Assembly: GCA_016792845.1 (NCBI GenBank)
Contig: JAEUKH010000043.1
Span: forward strand, 89,846 to 153,845
Direction: 5' to 3'
Origin: Myxococcales bacterium
GTDB taxonomy: Bacteria; Myxococcota_A; Polyangia; Polyangiales; Ga0077539
Length of the DNA stretch: 64,000 bases
Shown: piece by piece, positions 18,781 through 28,980 of the stretch
How positions within the stretch are numbered: position 1 is the stretch's first letter
How the letters are laid out: each line of letters begins with the position of its first letter
The notes under the pieces: generated by a model
Seen by the model: only the letters and a program-made list of their open reading frames with translations
Told to the model about the DNA's origin: nothing
Databases searched by the model: none
Translations under genes and position numbers: made by a program

Positions 18781-19221
18781 GTGGCGTCGCCCTCTAGCAA
18801 GCTCCCTGAAAAGCACGCGTACCGCATCGGCGAGGTGGCACGGCTCCTCGACGAGCCGACCCACGTCGTGCGCTTCTGGGAGCAATCGTTCACAGGCATC
18901 AGGCCCAACAAATCGCCCTCGGGGCAGCGCATCTATTCGCGCCGCGACGTCGAGCGGCTGCTCACCGTCCGGCACCTCGTGCGCGAGCGGGGCTTCACCC
19001 TTGAGGGCGCCCGCCGCGAGCTCGAAGCCCAGCGGCACGGCGAGGTGTCTGAGACGCCCCCCGCCGCGGCGCCTGAGGTCGAGGTCGCTGCGAGGGTCGA
19101 GGGGCTGCGTGAAGGCCTCTTGCGGGCCCGCGCGGTCTTGGCCCGGGCTATCTTGACCCTCGACAGCCGCGAGGCGCTCGTGTGGCCCCCAGAGGGCGAC
19201 GACGCCGAGCCGCAGCGGTAG
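18781..19221 (+). CDS. MerR-family transcriptional regulator
   Basis: N-terminal MerR-type HTH (YRIGEVARLLDEPTHVVRFWEQ…IYSRRDVERLLTVRHLV…GFTLEGARREL). GTG start. Confidence 0.7.
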   Translation: MASPSSKLPEKHAYRIGEVARLLDEPTHVVRFWEQSFTGIRPNKSPSGQRIYSRRDVERLLTVRHLVRERGFTLEGARRELEAQRHGEVSETPPAAAPEVEVAARVEGLREGLLRARAVLARAILTLDSREALVWPPEGDDAEPQR

Positions 19222-19224
19222 CCC

Positions 19225-19662
19225 TCACTTCAAGAAGCGCTTCTTTAACTCAGGGGTGGGCATCCAGCAGACCTCGGTCTTGCCGAACCAGCGGTAGCGG
19301 TTGCGGGCGACCCACTTGTAGACCCGATCGCGGAGCCCCCGGGGCACGAAGAGGAGCGCCCGACCCAAGGACCAAATGTGCGGCAAAAACCCTGCGATTC
19401 GTAGGATGGCGTCGCTGCGGTCGTAGACCCGGCCTTCGCTCACGAGCAAGATCGAGTCGGGGTCGCCCTCGGGAGGCGTCACCCCGTGGGCGCGCAAGAG
19501 GGCGCGGCCGGGCTCAGACTGGAGCGAGGCGAAGCGGAGCCGCGCCGCGGCGTCGCGGGCGATGAGAAACTGAACGCTGCCCTGACAGAGCGAGCAGACG
19601 CCGTCGAAGAGCACCACCGGCCCGGTCACCGCCTCGGTGTCGGACGCGGCGGCCTCGCTCAC
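19225..19662 (-). CDS. Thiol-disulfide oxidoreductase DCC family (DUF393)
   Basis: …VVLFDGVCSLCQGSVQFLIARD… is the DxxCxxC motif of DCC-family proteins. ATGA start/stop overlap with the upstream small ORF. Confidence 0.7.
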   Translation of the reverse strand: MSEAAASDTEAVTGPVVLFDGVCSLCQGSVQFLIARDAAARLRFASLQSEPGRALLRAHGVTPPEGDPDSILLVSEGRVYDRSDAILRIAGFLPHIWSLGRALLFVPRGLRDRVYKWVARNRYRWFGKTEVCWMPTPELKKRFLK

Positions 19663-19856
19663 TTGCCGGCCTTGGGGTGGCTCTTGAAGACCGGGTCGTC
19701 GTACCCGAGGTCGTGGGCGGTCTTCTTCGGATCGAGCGCCCGGGTGGGGGCCGGCGGCGCCTCGGGGCGCGGCGCATCACCCTTGTAGTACGGGTCGAAG
19801 CGCGCAAGGCTGAGCTTCACCCACTCGTCGACGGCCTTCGGATCAAAGCGTGCCAT
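19659..19856 (-). CDS. Small hypothetical protein (65 aa), translationally coupled to DCC gene
   Basis: The ORF ends in an ATGA overlap with the DCC oxidoreductase start. No recognisable domain. Confidence 0.4.
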   Translation of the reverse strand: MARFDPKAVDEWVKLSLARFDPYYKGDAPRPEAPPAPTRALDPKKTAHDLGYDDPVFKSHPKAGK

Positions 19857-19971
19857 AGCCGCCGGTTATGTACGCGCCCGGCGCCCAGCGTCAACGGCTC
19901 TGCGACCCGCGACCCGCGCAAAATCGTTCGGCGATTGCGCCGGGCTCGAAGACGACCTACCGACTCGGTTC

Positions 19972-20187
19972 ATGAAGACGGCGACGGTGTTGATTGAGGG
20001 CATGACCTGCGGCGGGTGTGTGGCGGCGGTCGAGCGCGTGCTCGCGCGGCTCCCGAGCGTGACCGGGCTCAAGGTCGAGGTGGGCGAGGCGCAGTTTCAG
20101 TACGACGAGGCCCTGCTCGACGAGGCCCAGGTGCGTCAGAGCGTCACCCGCGCGGGCTTCTCGACCGAGGGCTTCGAGCGCCCGTGA
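19972..20187 (+). CDS. copZ: Heavy-metal-associated (HMA) domain protein, CopZ-like metallochaperone
   Basis: 71 aa with GMTCGGC metal-binding motif (MxCxxC) and ferredoxin-like HMA fold pattern. Confidence 0.75.
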   Translation: MKTATVLIEGMTCGGCVAAVERVLARLPSVTGLKVEVGEAQFQYDEALLDEAQVRQSVTRAGFSTEGFERP

Positions 20188-22328
20188 GCGCACCCGAGAG
20201 CGGGTCTGCGGGGCCGCGCGGCAATCGGCTCGGGGTCGCAAGGTCGCCGTACCTCCGCGCCCACCGCGACAACCCCGTGGCCTGGTGGGAGTGGGGCGAC
20301 GCGGCCTTCGAGGCGGCCCGACGCGACGACAAGCCCGTGCTGATCTCGGTGGGCTACAGCGCGTGTCACTGGTGCCATGTGATGGCCCACGAGAGCTTCG
20401 AAGACCCTGAAATCGCTGCGTATTTGAACGAGCACTTCGTCTCCGTCAAGGTCGACCGCGAGGAGCGCCCCGACGTCGACGCGGCCTACCAGCGGGCCCA
20501 TCAGGCGATCTCGCAGCGCCGCGGCGGCTGGCCCCTCACGATGTTCGCCGGGCCCGACCGACGGCCCTTCTTCGGCGGCACCTACTTCGGCCCGCGAGGA
20601 GACCGCGGCGCCCCGACCTTTCGCGCCGTGCTCGAGGCCGTGGTCGCGGGCTGGAAGACCGAGCGCGAGGCCCTCGCCGCGCACGCCGACGAGCTCTCGG
20701 CCTTTGTCACCGAGAGCCTCAGCGCCCGCACGGCTTCAGCGGGCGGCGTCTCGGCCGATTCGCTCCTCGGCGAGGCCGTCGGCGCCCTCGTCGCGCAGCA
20801 CGACGCGACCCACGGGGGCTTCGGCAAGGCGCCGAAATTCCCGAACTATGTGAGCCTCGGGCTCCTCGACCGGGCGGCCGCGCTGGGGCTCCCGGGCGTG
20901 GCAGAGGCGGCCCGCGCGGCCCGCGACACGACCCTCGCCGCGATGGCCCGCGGGGGCATCCGCGACCACCTCGGCGGCGGCTTCGCGCGGTACAGCACCG
21001 ACGCCGTGTGGAAGGTGCCGCACTTCGAGAAGATGCTCTACGACAACGCCCTCGCGCTCGGGGCCTACACCGACGCGTGGCGCGGCGCCCACCTCGCGGG
21101 GCCCGAGACTGCGCTGAGCGGGCCGACCTGCCGCGCGGTCTGCGAGGCCCTGGTGGGGTGGCTCGAACGCGAGATGCTCAGCCCCGACGGGAGCTTCTAC
21201 GCGGCACAAGACGCCGACTCCGAGGGCGAAGAGGGTCGCTTCTTCGTGTGGTCGTACGAAGCCCTGCGAGGGGCCCTCGGCGACGACGCAGACGCCTTCG
21301 CGCTCGCCTATGACGTGCGCCCCGAAGGCAACTGGGAGCCCGGCCGCTCGGTGCTCTGGCAGCCGCGCCCGATGGTCGAAATCGCAGCACAACTTGGCAC
21401 ATCATTGCACAATCTTGAGGCGACCCTGGCCCGGTGCCGCGGGGCGCTCTTTGCGGTCCGCGCGCGACGCCCGCCCCCTGCCACCGACGACAAATCGATC
21501 GCCGGGTGGAACGGCCTCACCATCGCCGCCCTCGCCCGCGCCTCGGCGGCCTTCGGGCGCCCCGACTGGGGAGCCCTCGCGGCGACGGCCTTGTCGGTCT
21601 GGCGGCGCGACTTCGAGGCCCGCGGGGCCCTCGTTCACCTTCGCTACGACGGCGCCTCGGTGGCCTCTCCGGGGGGCTTCCTTGACGACCACGCGGCGAT
21701 GGCGCTCGGGGCCTTCGCGGTGGCCGAGGCGGGCCTCGACGGGTCGGCCTTCGCCTTCGCGCGGGCCCTTTGTGACGCCCTCCTTGAGCGCTTCGTCGAC
21801 GCCGCGTCTGGGCGGCTCCAGCACACCGCGCGGGGGGCCGAGACGGTGCTCGCTCCGAGCTTCGATCTGAGCGACCCGGCGACACCGGGCGGCGTGGGGC
21901 TCGGCCTCGCGGCCTTGGCGCGGGCCTCGCTCTTGTTCGATCACCCCGGCGCGCGCGCCTTTGTGGACGCGCAACACGGCGCCTACGCGGCCGCGGCGCG
22001 GGGGCACGGGCACGACCGCGCGGCGCTCCTCGACGCGGTCGACGGCGTGGCCCGCGGCGCCTCGGTGGTGGTGCTGTTGGGCGACCCGGCGCACCCTGAC
22101 CATCGCGCCTTGACGGCGGCCCTCGAAGAGACGCCCCTCGCGCACCGGGTGACGGTGCTCGCCCGCGACGCCGACGCGGCCCTGGCCCTGGGCATCGCGG
22201 CCCACTGGCTTGAGGGTCGAGCGCCCGGGGTCGACGGCGCGCCGGTGCTCTGGCTCTGCCGCGACGCGGTGTGCGAGCGACCGGTGACTACGGCAGCGGC
22301 GTGGCGCGCCCTGCATTGCGCGCGTTGA
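20184..22328 (+). CDS. Thioredoxin-domain protein, DUF255/YyaL family (N-terminal thioredoxin-like plus six-hairpin glycosidase-like domain)
   Basis: GTG start overlapping the copZ stop (GTGA). …WEWGDAAFEAARRDDKPVLISVGYSACHWCHVMAHESFEDPEIA…HFVSVKVDREERPDVD… is the characteristic DUF255 sequence. Confidence 0.8.
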   Translation: MSAPESGSAGPRGNRLGVARSPYLRAHRDNPVAWWEWGDAAFEAARRDDKPVLISVGYSACHWCHVMAHESFEDPEIAAYLNEHFVSVKVDREERPDVDAAYQRAHQAISQRRGGWPLTMFAGPDRRPFFGGTYFGPRGDRGAPTFRAVLEAVVAGWKTEREALAAHADELSAFVTESLSARTASAGGVSADSLLGEAVGALVAQHDATHGGFGKAPKFPNYVSLGLLDRAAALGLPGVAEAARAARDTTLAAMARGGIRDHLGGGFARYSTDAVWKVPHFEKMLYDNALALGAYTDAWRGAHLAGPETALSGPTCRAVCEALVGWLEREMLSPDGSFYAAQDADSEGEEGRFFVWSYEALRGALGDDADAFALAYDVRPEGNWEPGRSVLWQPRPMVEIAAQLGTSLHNLEATLARCRGALFAVRARRPPPATDDKSIAGWNGLTIAALARASAAFGRPDWGALAATALSVWRRDFEARGALVHLRYDGASVASPGGFLDDHAAMALGAFAVAEAGLDGSAFAFARALCDALLERFVDAASGRLQHTARGAETVLAPSFDLSDPATPGGVGLGLAALARASLLFDHPGARAFVDAQHGAYAAAARGHGHDRAALLDAVDGVARGASVVVLLGDPAHPDHRALTAALEETPLAHRVTVLARDADAALALGIAAHWLEGRAPGVDGAPVLWLCRDAVCERPVTTAAAWRALHCAR

Positions 22329-24282
22329 TGAGCCGGGTGATCATCTGTTCGAGCGAGGGCCCGACGGCGGGCTTCTCGACGGCCCCGGCGAAGCCGTAGT
22401 GCTGCGGCTGGCTCATCACGTCGCTGTCGCCGTACGCCGAGTGGACGATGGCGAGCACCGAGGGGTCGAAGGCCCGCAGCGCCGCGAGGGTCTCAAGACC
22501 GCCGATGCCCCAGCGGATGGTGAGGTCGAGCACCACGAGGTCGAAGCGGCCCCCGAGCTCGTGGACGCTGCGGTACCGCGCGATGCACTCGGCCCCGTGG
22601 CGCACCACCTCGACGATGTACCCGAGGCTCTCAAGGGTGCGAGAGACCGTGCGCAAGACGAACTCCTCGTCGTCCATCACGAGGACGCGCCCGCGGCTTG
22701 GCAGGCCGCGCTCGCGCGCCACCGGTTCGGCCCGCACCTCGGCCTCGGGTTGTGCCGGGAGCCAGAGCCGAAAGGTCGCCCCCTGCCCCGGCGCGGTCTC
22801 GAGCTCGATGCGCCCCCCGTGATCGACCACGATCTTCTTGCACGACGCGAGGCCGAGCCCGCTGCCCCGCGGCTTCGTGGTGATGTACGGCTCGAAGACC
22901 CGTGCGGCCAGCTCGGCCGACATGCCCTCGCCGGTGTCGGTGACCTCGATGAAGACCCAAGGCTTGACGCCCTCGCCGTGGTCATCGTGGCGGTTCTGCG
23001 CGCGCACCGTCACGCCGCCTCGCTCGCCGAGGGCCTCGCGAGCGTTCAGCAAGAGGTTGTGCATCACCTGCCGGATCTGCCCCGCGTCGACGGCGGCGGG
23101 CCAGAGCCCCGGAGGCACCTCAAGGCCCTCGCGGAGCCCGCTCCCCCGGAAGGCGAAGCGCAGGCTGCGTTCGAGCAAGGGCCCGACCCGCGTGAGGGTG
23201 CGGCGCATCGTCTGAGGCCTCGTAAACGCCTGCAATTCGCGGGTGAGCTGCACGGCGTCTTCAGCCGACACGAGCACCTCGGCGACGAGCTCGCGGGCGC
23301 TCCGCGAGAGGGGCTCAGATTCGCTCAGGAGCTCTAGGTTGCCCACCACGGTGGTGAGCATGTTGCGAAAATCGTGGGCGAGGCTGCCTGCGAGCATGGC
23401 GAGGGCCTGCACCCGGTCGCGCTCTCGGGCGAACTCGCTCGCGCGGCGCTTGGCGGTGACGTCTTGGCCCGACACCAGCACCACCCGCGGCGCCCCGTCG
23501 GGCCCGCGCTCGTACACGGTGTCGACGGCCTGAACCCAGATCTGCTCGCCGTCGCGGCGCTTGAAGCGAACGAGCACCTCGACGCTCTCGGGCGCGTCGG
23601 GCCGGATGCGGCGCATGAGGTACTTCGCGAAGCCCGGCAGCTCGTCGGGCGCGAGGATCTCGAACGCGACCCGCTTGCCCATCGCGAGGAGCTCGTCGCG
23701 GCTCCACCCGAGGGTGCGCGAGACCGAGTCGTTGATGAACAGAATGCGCGGCTCTGAGAGCTCGAACATGAACATCAAGCCCGGCGCCGCGTCGGTGAGG
23801 CGCTCGATGAAGCGCTGGCGGTCGCGCAAGGCCCGCTCGGCCCTGCGCTGCGCGGTCACGTCGCGCATCACGAGGAAGACCCGCGAGGCCGGCCCGAGGG
23901 GCACATCGATGGCGATGGCCTGCCACTCGAATTCGAGCCGCCCGCCGTCGCGGTGGCGCAGGGTGATCTCGCCCCGGTCGCGCGCCCCGGCGAGAAAATC
24001 TCGAATGCCCCCGAGCACTTGCGGGTCGATCGCGTCGATCCGAAGCTCGCTCAGGCGGAAGCCCGGCGGCGCCTCGGGGTACCCGATCACCGACCAGAAG
24101 GCCTGATTGGCGAAGAGCAGCTCGGTGAGCCCCGGGCCGTTCAGCCGAACGATCAGCACCGCGTTCTGTGTCTTGTCGACCAGCGCCGTGAGCGCCTCGC
24201 GGTCGAGCCCCAAGGTCGAAAGCTCTCGGCGCCGAACGTTATGGCGAATACGCCGCGTCGTGGGTCTCGCCCATCGCCCCAT
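22288..24282 (-). CDS. Hybrid sensor histidine kinase (PAS domains, HisKA/HATPase, C-terminal receiver)
   Basis: PAS-like regions. H-box (…LAHDFRNMLTTVVGNLELL…). ATPase G-boxes (…TDTGEGM…GSGLGLA…). C-terminal REC domain (VLVMDDEEFV…VVLDLTI…). 41-bp convergent overlap with the upstream gene. Confidence 0.8.
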   Translation of the reverse strand: MGRWARPTTRRIRHNVRRRELSTLGLDREALTALVDKTQNAVLIVRLNGPGLTELLFANQAFWSVIGYPEAPPGFRLSELRIDAIDPQVLGGIRDFLAGARDRGEITLRHRDGGRLEFEWQAIAIDVPLGPASRVFLVMRDVTAQRRAERALRDRQRFIERLTDAAPGLMFMFELSEPRILFINDSVSRTLGWSRDELLAMGKRVAFEILAPDELPGFAKYLMRRIRPDAPESVEVLVRFKRRDGEQIWVQAVDTVYERGPDGAPRVVLVSGQDVTAKRRASEFARERDRVQALAMLAGSLAHDFRNMLTTVVGNLELLSESEPLSRSARELVAEVLVSAEDAVQLTRELQAFTRPQTMRRTLTRVGPLLERSLRFAFRGSGLREGLEVPPGLWPAAVDAGQIRQVMHNLLLNAREALGERGGVTVRAQNRHDDHGEGVKPWVFIEVTDTGEGMSAELAARVFEPYITTKPRGSGLGLASCKKIVVDHGGRIELETAPGQGATFRLWLPAQPEAEVRAEPVARERGLPSRGRVLVMDDEEFVLRTVSRTLESLGYIVEVVRHGAECIARYRSVHELGGRFDLVVLDLTIRWGIGGLETLAALRAFDPSVLAIVHSAYGDSDVMSQPQHYGFAGAVEKPAVGPSLEQMITRLINARNAGRATPLP

Positions 24283-24372
24283 GCCTCAGACCCTACACGA
24301 CCCCGGCATCGGGGTCACACCTTCACAGCACGCGTTCACCGAAAAACGCCGCGAGACCGTCTCTCTGCGGCG

Positions 24373-25521
24373 TCACGCCTGCACGGCCGAGAGGTCGACC
24401 GCGGCGGCGGCGGCGGCGTCGCCCACCCGGGTCATTCGGCGCATGGTCTGGCTGCCCACGAAGACCTCGGCCATCTTGCGAAAGCGCTGCCACACGGGGG
24501 CCTGCACATAGGGCAGCCCGTACTTCTCGCAGAGCGCCCGCACCTTGGGCTGAACCTGCCGATACTTCAGCATCGGGATGTCAGGAAACACATGGTGCTC
24601 GATCTGGTAGTTGAGCCACAAATGTGCGTAGTCGTTGAGGTCGCCGCCGGTGCGGTAGTTCACCGAGCCGATGATCTGCCGGGCGAGGTACTCGTCTTTG
24701 CTCTGAGGGCGGTCGTCGAAGCGGTAGAGGTCGTCGCCGGTGTGGTTCGGGCCCACGACGAAGAAGGTGTGGAAGTTCGAGAGCGCCTCGCCCATCACGC
24801 TGTTGCAGAGCGCGCTGAACATCGCCCAGGGCCCGAGGGGCAGGTACGCGAGGGGCAGCCCCACGAAGCGGCGCGCGATGTAAGGGCCGTAGCTCTCGCG
24901 CAAGAGCATCTTCACGCGCTGGGCCCGGGTGGTCGAAGGCCTCGCCCCTTTGGGGTCGTGGCGGTGGAGCCAGACTCTGAGAGTGTTCGGGGCGTAGTAC
25001 GAGGCCTTCCAGGTGAAGCCGAGGGCGCCGAGGAGGGCCCATCGGAGCGCGCGCGGCACCTCGGGGCGGTTGAGCCAGGCCACGTTGCGCTCGATGAGGT
25101 CGGGGTCGCGCCGCTCGCCGGTGTGATGGTGATGGAGGATGTTGTGCTCGTAGTTCCACGCGGCGGGGAGCATCCAGTCGGGCCAGTCGCGCCACCGCCG
25201 GGGCCCTTGGGCGAAGACCTCGCTCGTGTAGCGGGCCTCGACGCCGGGCACCTTGTCGTACCCGCGGTGACCGCAGTGGTGCATGAGCAACCACCGGGTC
25301 GAGCGCCCGAGCGAGAGGGCCACGGCCGAGAGGGGGTTGGGGGCGATCCACGCGGTGGCGAGGCCCACGGTGGTGGCGATGCGGCCCCACCCTTCGATCT
25401 TCTTCAAGTGCGCGAGATCGTCGGGGCCGAGGCTCGCGTCGACCTCCGCACGGAGGGCACGCACTTCGTCGTAGAGCCCGCGCAGCCGCGTCGGGTCGAA
25501 CACAAACACAGGGGCATTCAT
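24373..25521 (-). CDS. Membrane fatty-acid desaturase family protein
   Basis: His-boxes HHCGHRGY, HNILHHHH, EHHVFP plus hydrophobic segments. Start set at internal Met (MNAPVFVF…); the upstream extension is Arg-rich low-complexity sequence. Confidence 0.78.
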   Translation of the reverse strand: MNAPVFVFDPTRLRGLYDEVRALRAEVDASLGPDDLAHLKKIEGWGRIATTVGLATAWIAPNPLSAVALSLGRSTRWLLMHHCGHRGYDKVPGVEARYTSEVFAQGPRRWRDWPDWMLPAAWNYEHNILHHHHTGERRDPDLIERNVAWLNRPEVPRALRWALLGALGFTWKASYYAPNTLRVWLHRHDPKGARPSTTRAQRVKMLLRESYGPYIARRFVGLPLAYLPLGPWAMFSALCNSVMGEALSNFHTFFVVGPNHTGDDLYRFDDRPQSKDEYLARQIIGSVNYRTGGDLNDYAHLWLNYQIEHHVFPDIPMLKYRQVQPKVRALCEKYGLPYVQAPVWQRFRKMAEVFVGSQTMRRMTRVGDAAAAAAVDLSAVQA

Positions 25522-25577
25522 GGGCGCCGCGCACCATACCAGATGCCCGACGCCCCGCTGAACGCCCTTCTCGCCCT

Positions 25578-25991
25578 TCAGCCCCGGTCGAGGGTCACCG
25601 CGATCTGAACGACGCGCATAAAGCCCCCGCGCCCGTCGCATCGCTCGACCACCATGCGCACGACGGTGCGGTGATCGCAGTACCACCAGGTCTCGCGGCC
25701 CGCCTCGCCGCTCGCCGTCGCGGGCGCCTCGGCCTCGCGGTTTCGACAGGTGGCCCCAAACTGCGCGCGAAGGTTGGCGGGCTCGAAGCACTGACCCGTG
25801 CCCTCGACCGGCGTCAACACGCTGTTCTCAACGGGGCTCCGCGCGACGCCGGCCCAGCTCACCGAGGCCCCCTGCGAGGTCGGAGGCCCCGCCGCCGCGG
25901 CGTAGTACGCCCCGACCTGACCGTAGCGAACGCCGCAGCCCGCGAGGGCCCCGCAGAGCGCACCCAACCGAAGAACACTCACACCACGCAT
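25578..25991 (-). CDS. Small hypothetical lipoprotein
   Basis: Signal peptide plus lipobox (LGALCGALAGCG). 137 aa, no known domain. Confidence 0.45.
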   Translation of the reverse strand: MRGVSVLRLGALCGALAGCGVRYGQVGAYYAAAAGPPTSQGASVSWAGVARSPVENSVLTPVEGTGQCFEPANLRAQFGATCRNREAEAPATASGEAGRETWWYCDHRTVVRMVVERCDGRGGFMRVVQIAVTLDRG

Positions 25992-26038
25992 CGTGCCCGC
26001 AGGCTACACCCACTCGCGCGACGGCACGCCGAACAAAG

Positions 26039-26899
26039 CTACCGCGCGTGCGCCTCAAGGCGCGCGTGGCCGTCGTGCCCCACACAACGGAGCGTCGCCG
26101 TCTCGCACCACCACGCCACCGACTCGCGGCCGTACTCGCCCTCGTCGGCCACCTCGCCGACGGCCCAGATCGCGCAGCGGGCCCCGTCAGCGGTCAGCGC
26201 CGCCGAGACCTCGGGGTGCGCGATGGGGCGCTCGTCGAAGAGCCCGAGGCTCACCCGGCGCGAGGCCCGCGAGAGCACCACGGCGTCGCTGTAGCGCGGG
26301 GCCGCGTTCGGGCCGCCGGCCGACCGCGTCTCGCGCCGAAGCTCTGCCCCGAGCGAGACATCGAGCGTTTGAAAGCCCTCGTCGAGGTGACGAACCCGCG
26401 CCCCGATGGGCGCGTACCCCGACGCGTCGAGCCGCGCCCTGAGCGCGCCCCAACTCGCCCGGGTCGGCTCGAAGACGCCGGGCTGCGGGCTCGGCTCGCC
26501 CGAGACGGCCTCCATCGCGACGAAGCCCGCCGCGCCCTCGGTGAGGAGGTGAACGCCCCACGGGTCGGGCTCGGCGCCGACAAAGGCCCCCACCATGCAC
26601 GCGACCCCGTCGCCCGACCACGCGAGGCAGCCCGACGGGAGCTCGCGCGGCGCCTCGTCAACCGCGACTTGCCCGGGGCCCGCGGCGCCCGACACAGCCG
26701 CCGACGCCGCCGCAGGGTGCACCGCCGACGCAGGCTGCACCGCCGACGCGACCGCGACCTGCCCCGCCATCGGCGCGCGCGACGCGCCCGAGCCCCGATG
26801 GGCCCCCCGCGCCGCACGACGCGACCCCCTCGGCGACGCGACCGGGCGCGGGGTCGAACAGCCCAGCGCCAACACACACACGCACCACGCACGCAGCAT
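26039..26899 (-). CDS. Hypothetical lipoprotein
   Basis: Internal Met gives MLRAWCVCVLALGCS lipoprotein signal. No recognised domain. Confidence 0.45.
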   Translation of the reverse strand: MLRAWCVCVLALGCSTPRPVASPRGSRRAARGAHRGSGASRAPMAGQVAVASAVQPASAVHPAAASAAVSGAAGPGQVAVDEAPRELPSGCLAWSGDGVACMVGAFVGAEPDPWGVHLLTEGAAGFVAMEAVSGEPSPQPGVFEPTRASWGALRARLDASGYAPIGARVRHLDEGFQTLDVSLGAELRRETRSAGGPNAAPRYSDAVVLSRASRRVSLGLFDERPIAHPEVSAALTADGARCAIWAVGEVADEGEYGRESVAWWCETATLRCVGHDGHARLEAHAR

Positions 26900-26993
26900 C
26901 ACAGCGACGCCGAGTGTGGCACAGCCCTCGGGCGTCGCCACCCGAAGGCTGGGCATCATGCGCCATCTTGAGCCAAGATGCGCCGAGGTGTGT

Positions 26994-28898
26994 TTACTTG
27001 GTGACCGCAGCCTGGAGGAGCGCGGTGATGCGGCGGGCGAACTTCTGCGGGTCGTCGGGGGGCGTGCCTTCGGTGAGGAGGGCCTGGTCGTAGAGCACCT
27101 CGACGTACTCGCTCACGGCGGGGTCGCCCGCGTCGGCGCGGGCCTGGAGGGCCTCGATAAGCGGGTGCGTCGGGTTCACCTCAAGAATGCGCTGCACCGG
27201 CGGAACCTCTTTGCCGTGCGCCCGCATCACCCGCTCGACCTGCGGCGTGATCGACCCCGGCGCGAGCACGAGGCAGGCCGGCGAGTCGGTGAGCCGGTCG
27301 GTGGTGCGCACGTCTTTGACCCGCGCCCCGAGCACCGCCTTGACCCGGTCGAAGAGGCCCACGAACGCGGTCTTTTGCGCTTCTTTGGTGGCCTTCGCCT
27401 CGGGCGACTCATCGAGCGACAGCTCGGCGTTCTGCACCGAGACGAACTTCTTGCCCTCGAACTCGCGCAGGCTCTCGACGGCCCAGGTGTCGATGAGGTC
27501 GGTCATGAAGAGCACCTCGTAGCCGTGCTTCTTGCAGGCTTCGAGGTGGGGGCTGTCGGCCACCGCGGCGCGGCTCTCGCCGATGGCGTAGTAGATGGCC
27601 TTCTGCCCTTCGGGCATCTTGGCCACGTAGTCGGCGAGCGAGACCAGCCCGTCGCCCCGGGTCGACTCGTAGCGCATGAGCCTGGCGAGGCGGTCGCGGT
27701 GCTCCCAATCGGCGTGGAGGCCCTCTTTGAGCACCCGGCCGAAGGTCGCGAAGAACGTGGTGTAGTCGTCGGCGCGGGTCTTGGCGAGGTCGTCGAGGAG
27801 GTCGAGCACCTTCTTGGTGACGCCCTTCTTGATGGCCCGCACCGTGGCCGAGTCTTGCAGCGTCTCGCGCGAGACGTTGAGCGGCAGGTCGTCGCTGTCG
27901 AGCACGCCGCGCACGAAGCGCAGCCAGGTGGGCACGAGGGCGTCGCAGTCGTCCATGATGAAGACGCGCTTGACGTAGAGGCGTACGCCGCGGCGCTTCT
28001 CGCCCGGGGTGTCAAAGTCGTGGGGCGCCGTGCGGGGCAGGTAGATCACCCCGGCGAACTCTTGCGAGCCTTCGACCTTGAAGTGCGTGTGCGCGAGGGG
28101 CCCCTCGAACTCGCCCGTGAGGTGCTTGTAGAACTCGTCGTGCTGCTCGGCGGTGACCTCGCCGCGGGCCCGCTGCCAGAGCGCCGAGGCCTCGTTCACC
28201 ACCTCGAAGGCGTCGCCCTCTTGGGCCTCGTCGGCGGCCTTGGCGAGCTTGATCGGGTGCGAGACAAAATCGCTGTATTTGCGCACGAGCTCGCGCAAAC
28301 GGTAGCGGTCTGTGTACTCGCTCTGGTCGTCGCGGAGGTGCAAGATCACCGTGGTGCCGTGGTGGGCGCGCTCGGCGGGTTCGAGGGTGAAGCTCTCGCG
28401 GGCGTCGCTCACGAAGCGCCACGCGTCGTCGTGACCGGCCGCGCGGCTCACCACCTCGACCCGGTCGGCCACGAGCCAGGCCGAATAGAAGCCCACGCCG
28501 AACTGGCCGATCAGCGAGAGGTCTTTGGCCTCGCCGCGCTGCTTCAGCATCTCGACGAATTTCTTCGAGCCCGAGTGGGCGATGGTGCCGAGATTCTCGA
28601 CGAGCTCATCGTGCGTCATGCCGATGCCGTCGTCTTCGATCGAGAGCGTGCGCGCGTCTTCGTTCGGCACGAGGCGCACCGCGGGCGTCTCGGTCACCGT
28701 CTGGAGCGACGCCTCGGTGAGCGCCCGGAAGCGCAGCTTGTCAATCGCGTCAGAGGCGTTTGACACCAGCTCGCGCAGAAAGACTTCGCGGTTGCTGTAG
28801 AGCGAGTGAATCACCAGGTGCAAGACCTGGCTCACCTCGGCCTGAAAACGGTGGGTCTCGCGGGGTGTCGGTTCGGTCGAAAGGGTCTCAGAATCCAT
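26994..28898 (-). CDS. htpG: Molecular chaperone HtpG (Hsp90)
   Basis: …YSNREVFLRELVSNASDAIDKLRF… GHKL ATPase N-domain. 634 aa, with typical Hsp90 middle and C-terminal domains. Confidence 0.93.
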   Translation of the reverse strand: MDSETLSTEPTPRETHRFQAEVSQVLHLVIHSLYSNREVFLRELVSNASDAIDKLRFRALTEASLQTVTETPAVRLVPNEDARTLSIEDDGIGMTHDELVENLGTIAHSGSKKFVEMLKQRGEAKDLSLIGQFGVGFYSAWLVADRVEVVSRAAGHDDAWRFVSDARESFTLEPAERAHHGTTVILHLRDDQSEYTDRYRLRELVRKYSDFVSHPIKLAKAADEAQEGDAFEVVNEASALWQRARGEVTAEQHDEFYKHLTGEFEGPLAHTHFKVEGSQEFAGVIYLPRTAPHDFDTPGEKRRGVRLYVKRVFIMDDCDALVPTWLRFVRGVLDSDDLPLNVSRETLQDSATVRAIKKGVTKKVLDLLDDLAKTRADDYTTFFATFGRVLKEGLHADWEHRDRLARLMRYESTRGDGLVSLADYVAKMPEGQKAIYYAIGESRAAVADSPHLEACKKHGYEVLFMTDLIDTWAVESLREFEGKKFVSVQNAELSLDESPEAKATKEAQKTAFVGLFDRVKAVLGARVKDVRTTDRLTDSPACLVLAPGSITPQVERVMRAHGKEVPPVQRILEVNPTHPLIEALQARADAGDPAVSEYVEVLYDQALLTEGTPPDDPQKFARRITALLQAAVTK

Positions 28899-28980
28899 CG
28901 AAGGGCGCCCTCCTCGCTAGCGCGGGGCACCCTCTAACCACGCCCCCTCACCCTGCCAAGGGGGGGCGCGAACCCATCGC

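Noticed and set aside
23953-25608. 551-aa plus-strand ORF and 318-aa minus-strand alternate frame (24581..25537)
   Set aside because: They overlap the histidine kinase and the desaturase. Pro/Arg/Gly-rich with no motifs. The desaturase His-boxes confirm the chosen frame.
26595-28763. 722-aa plus-strand ORF
   Set aside because: Antisense to htpG, which is an unambiguous Hsp90.
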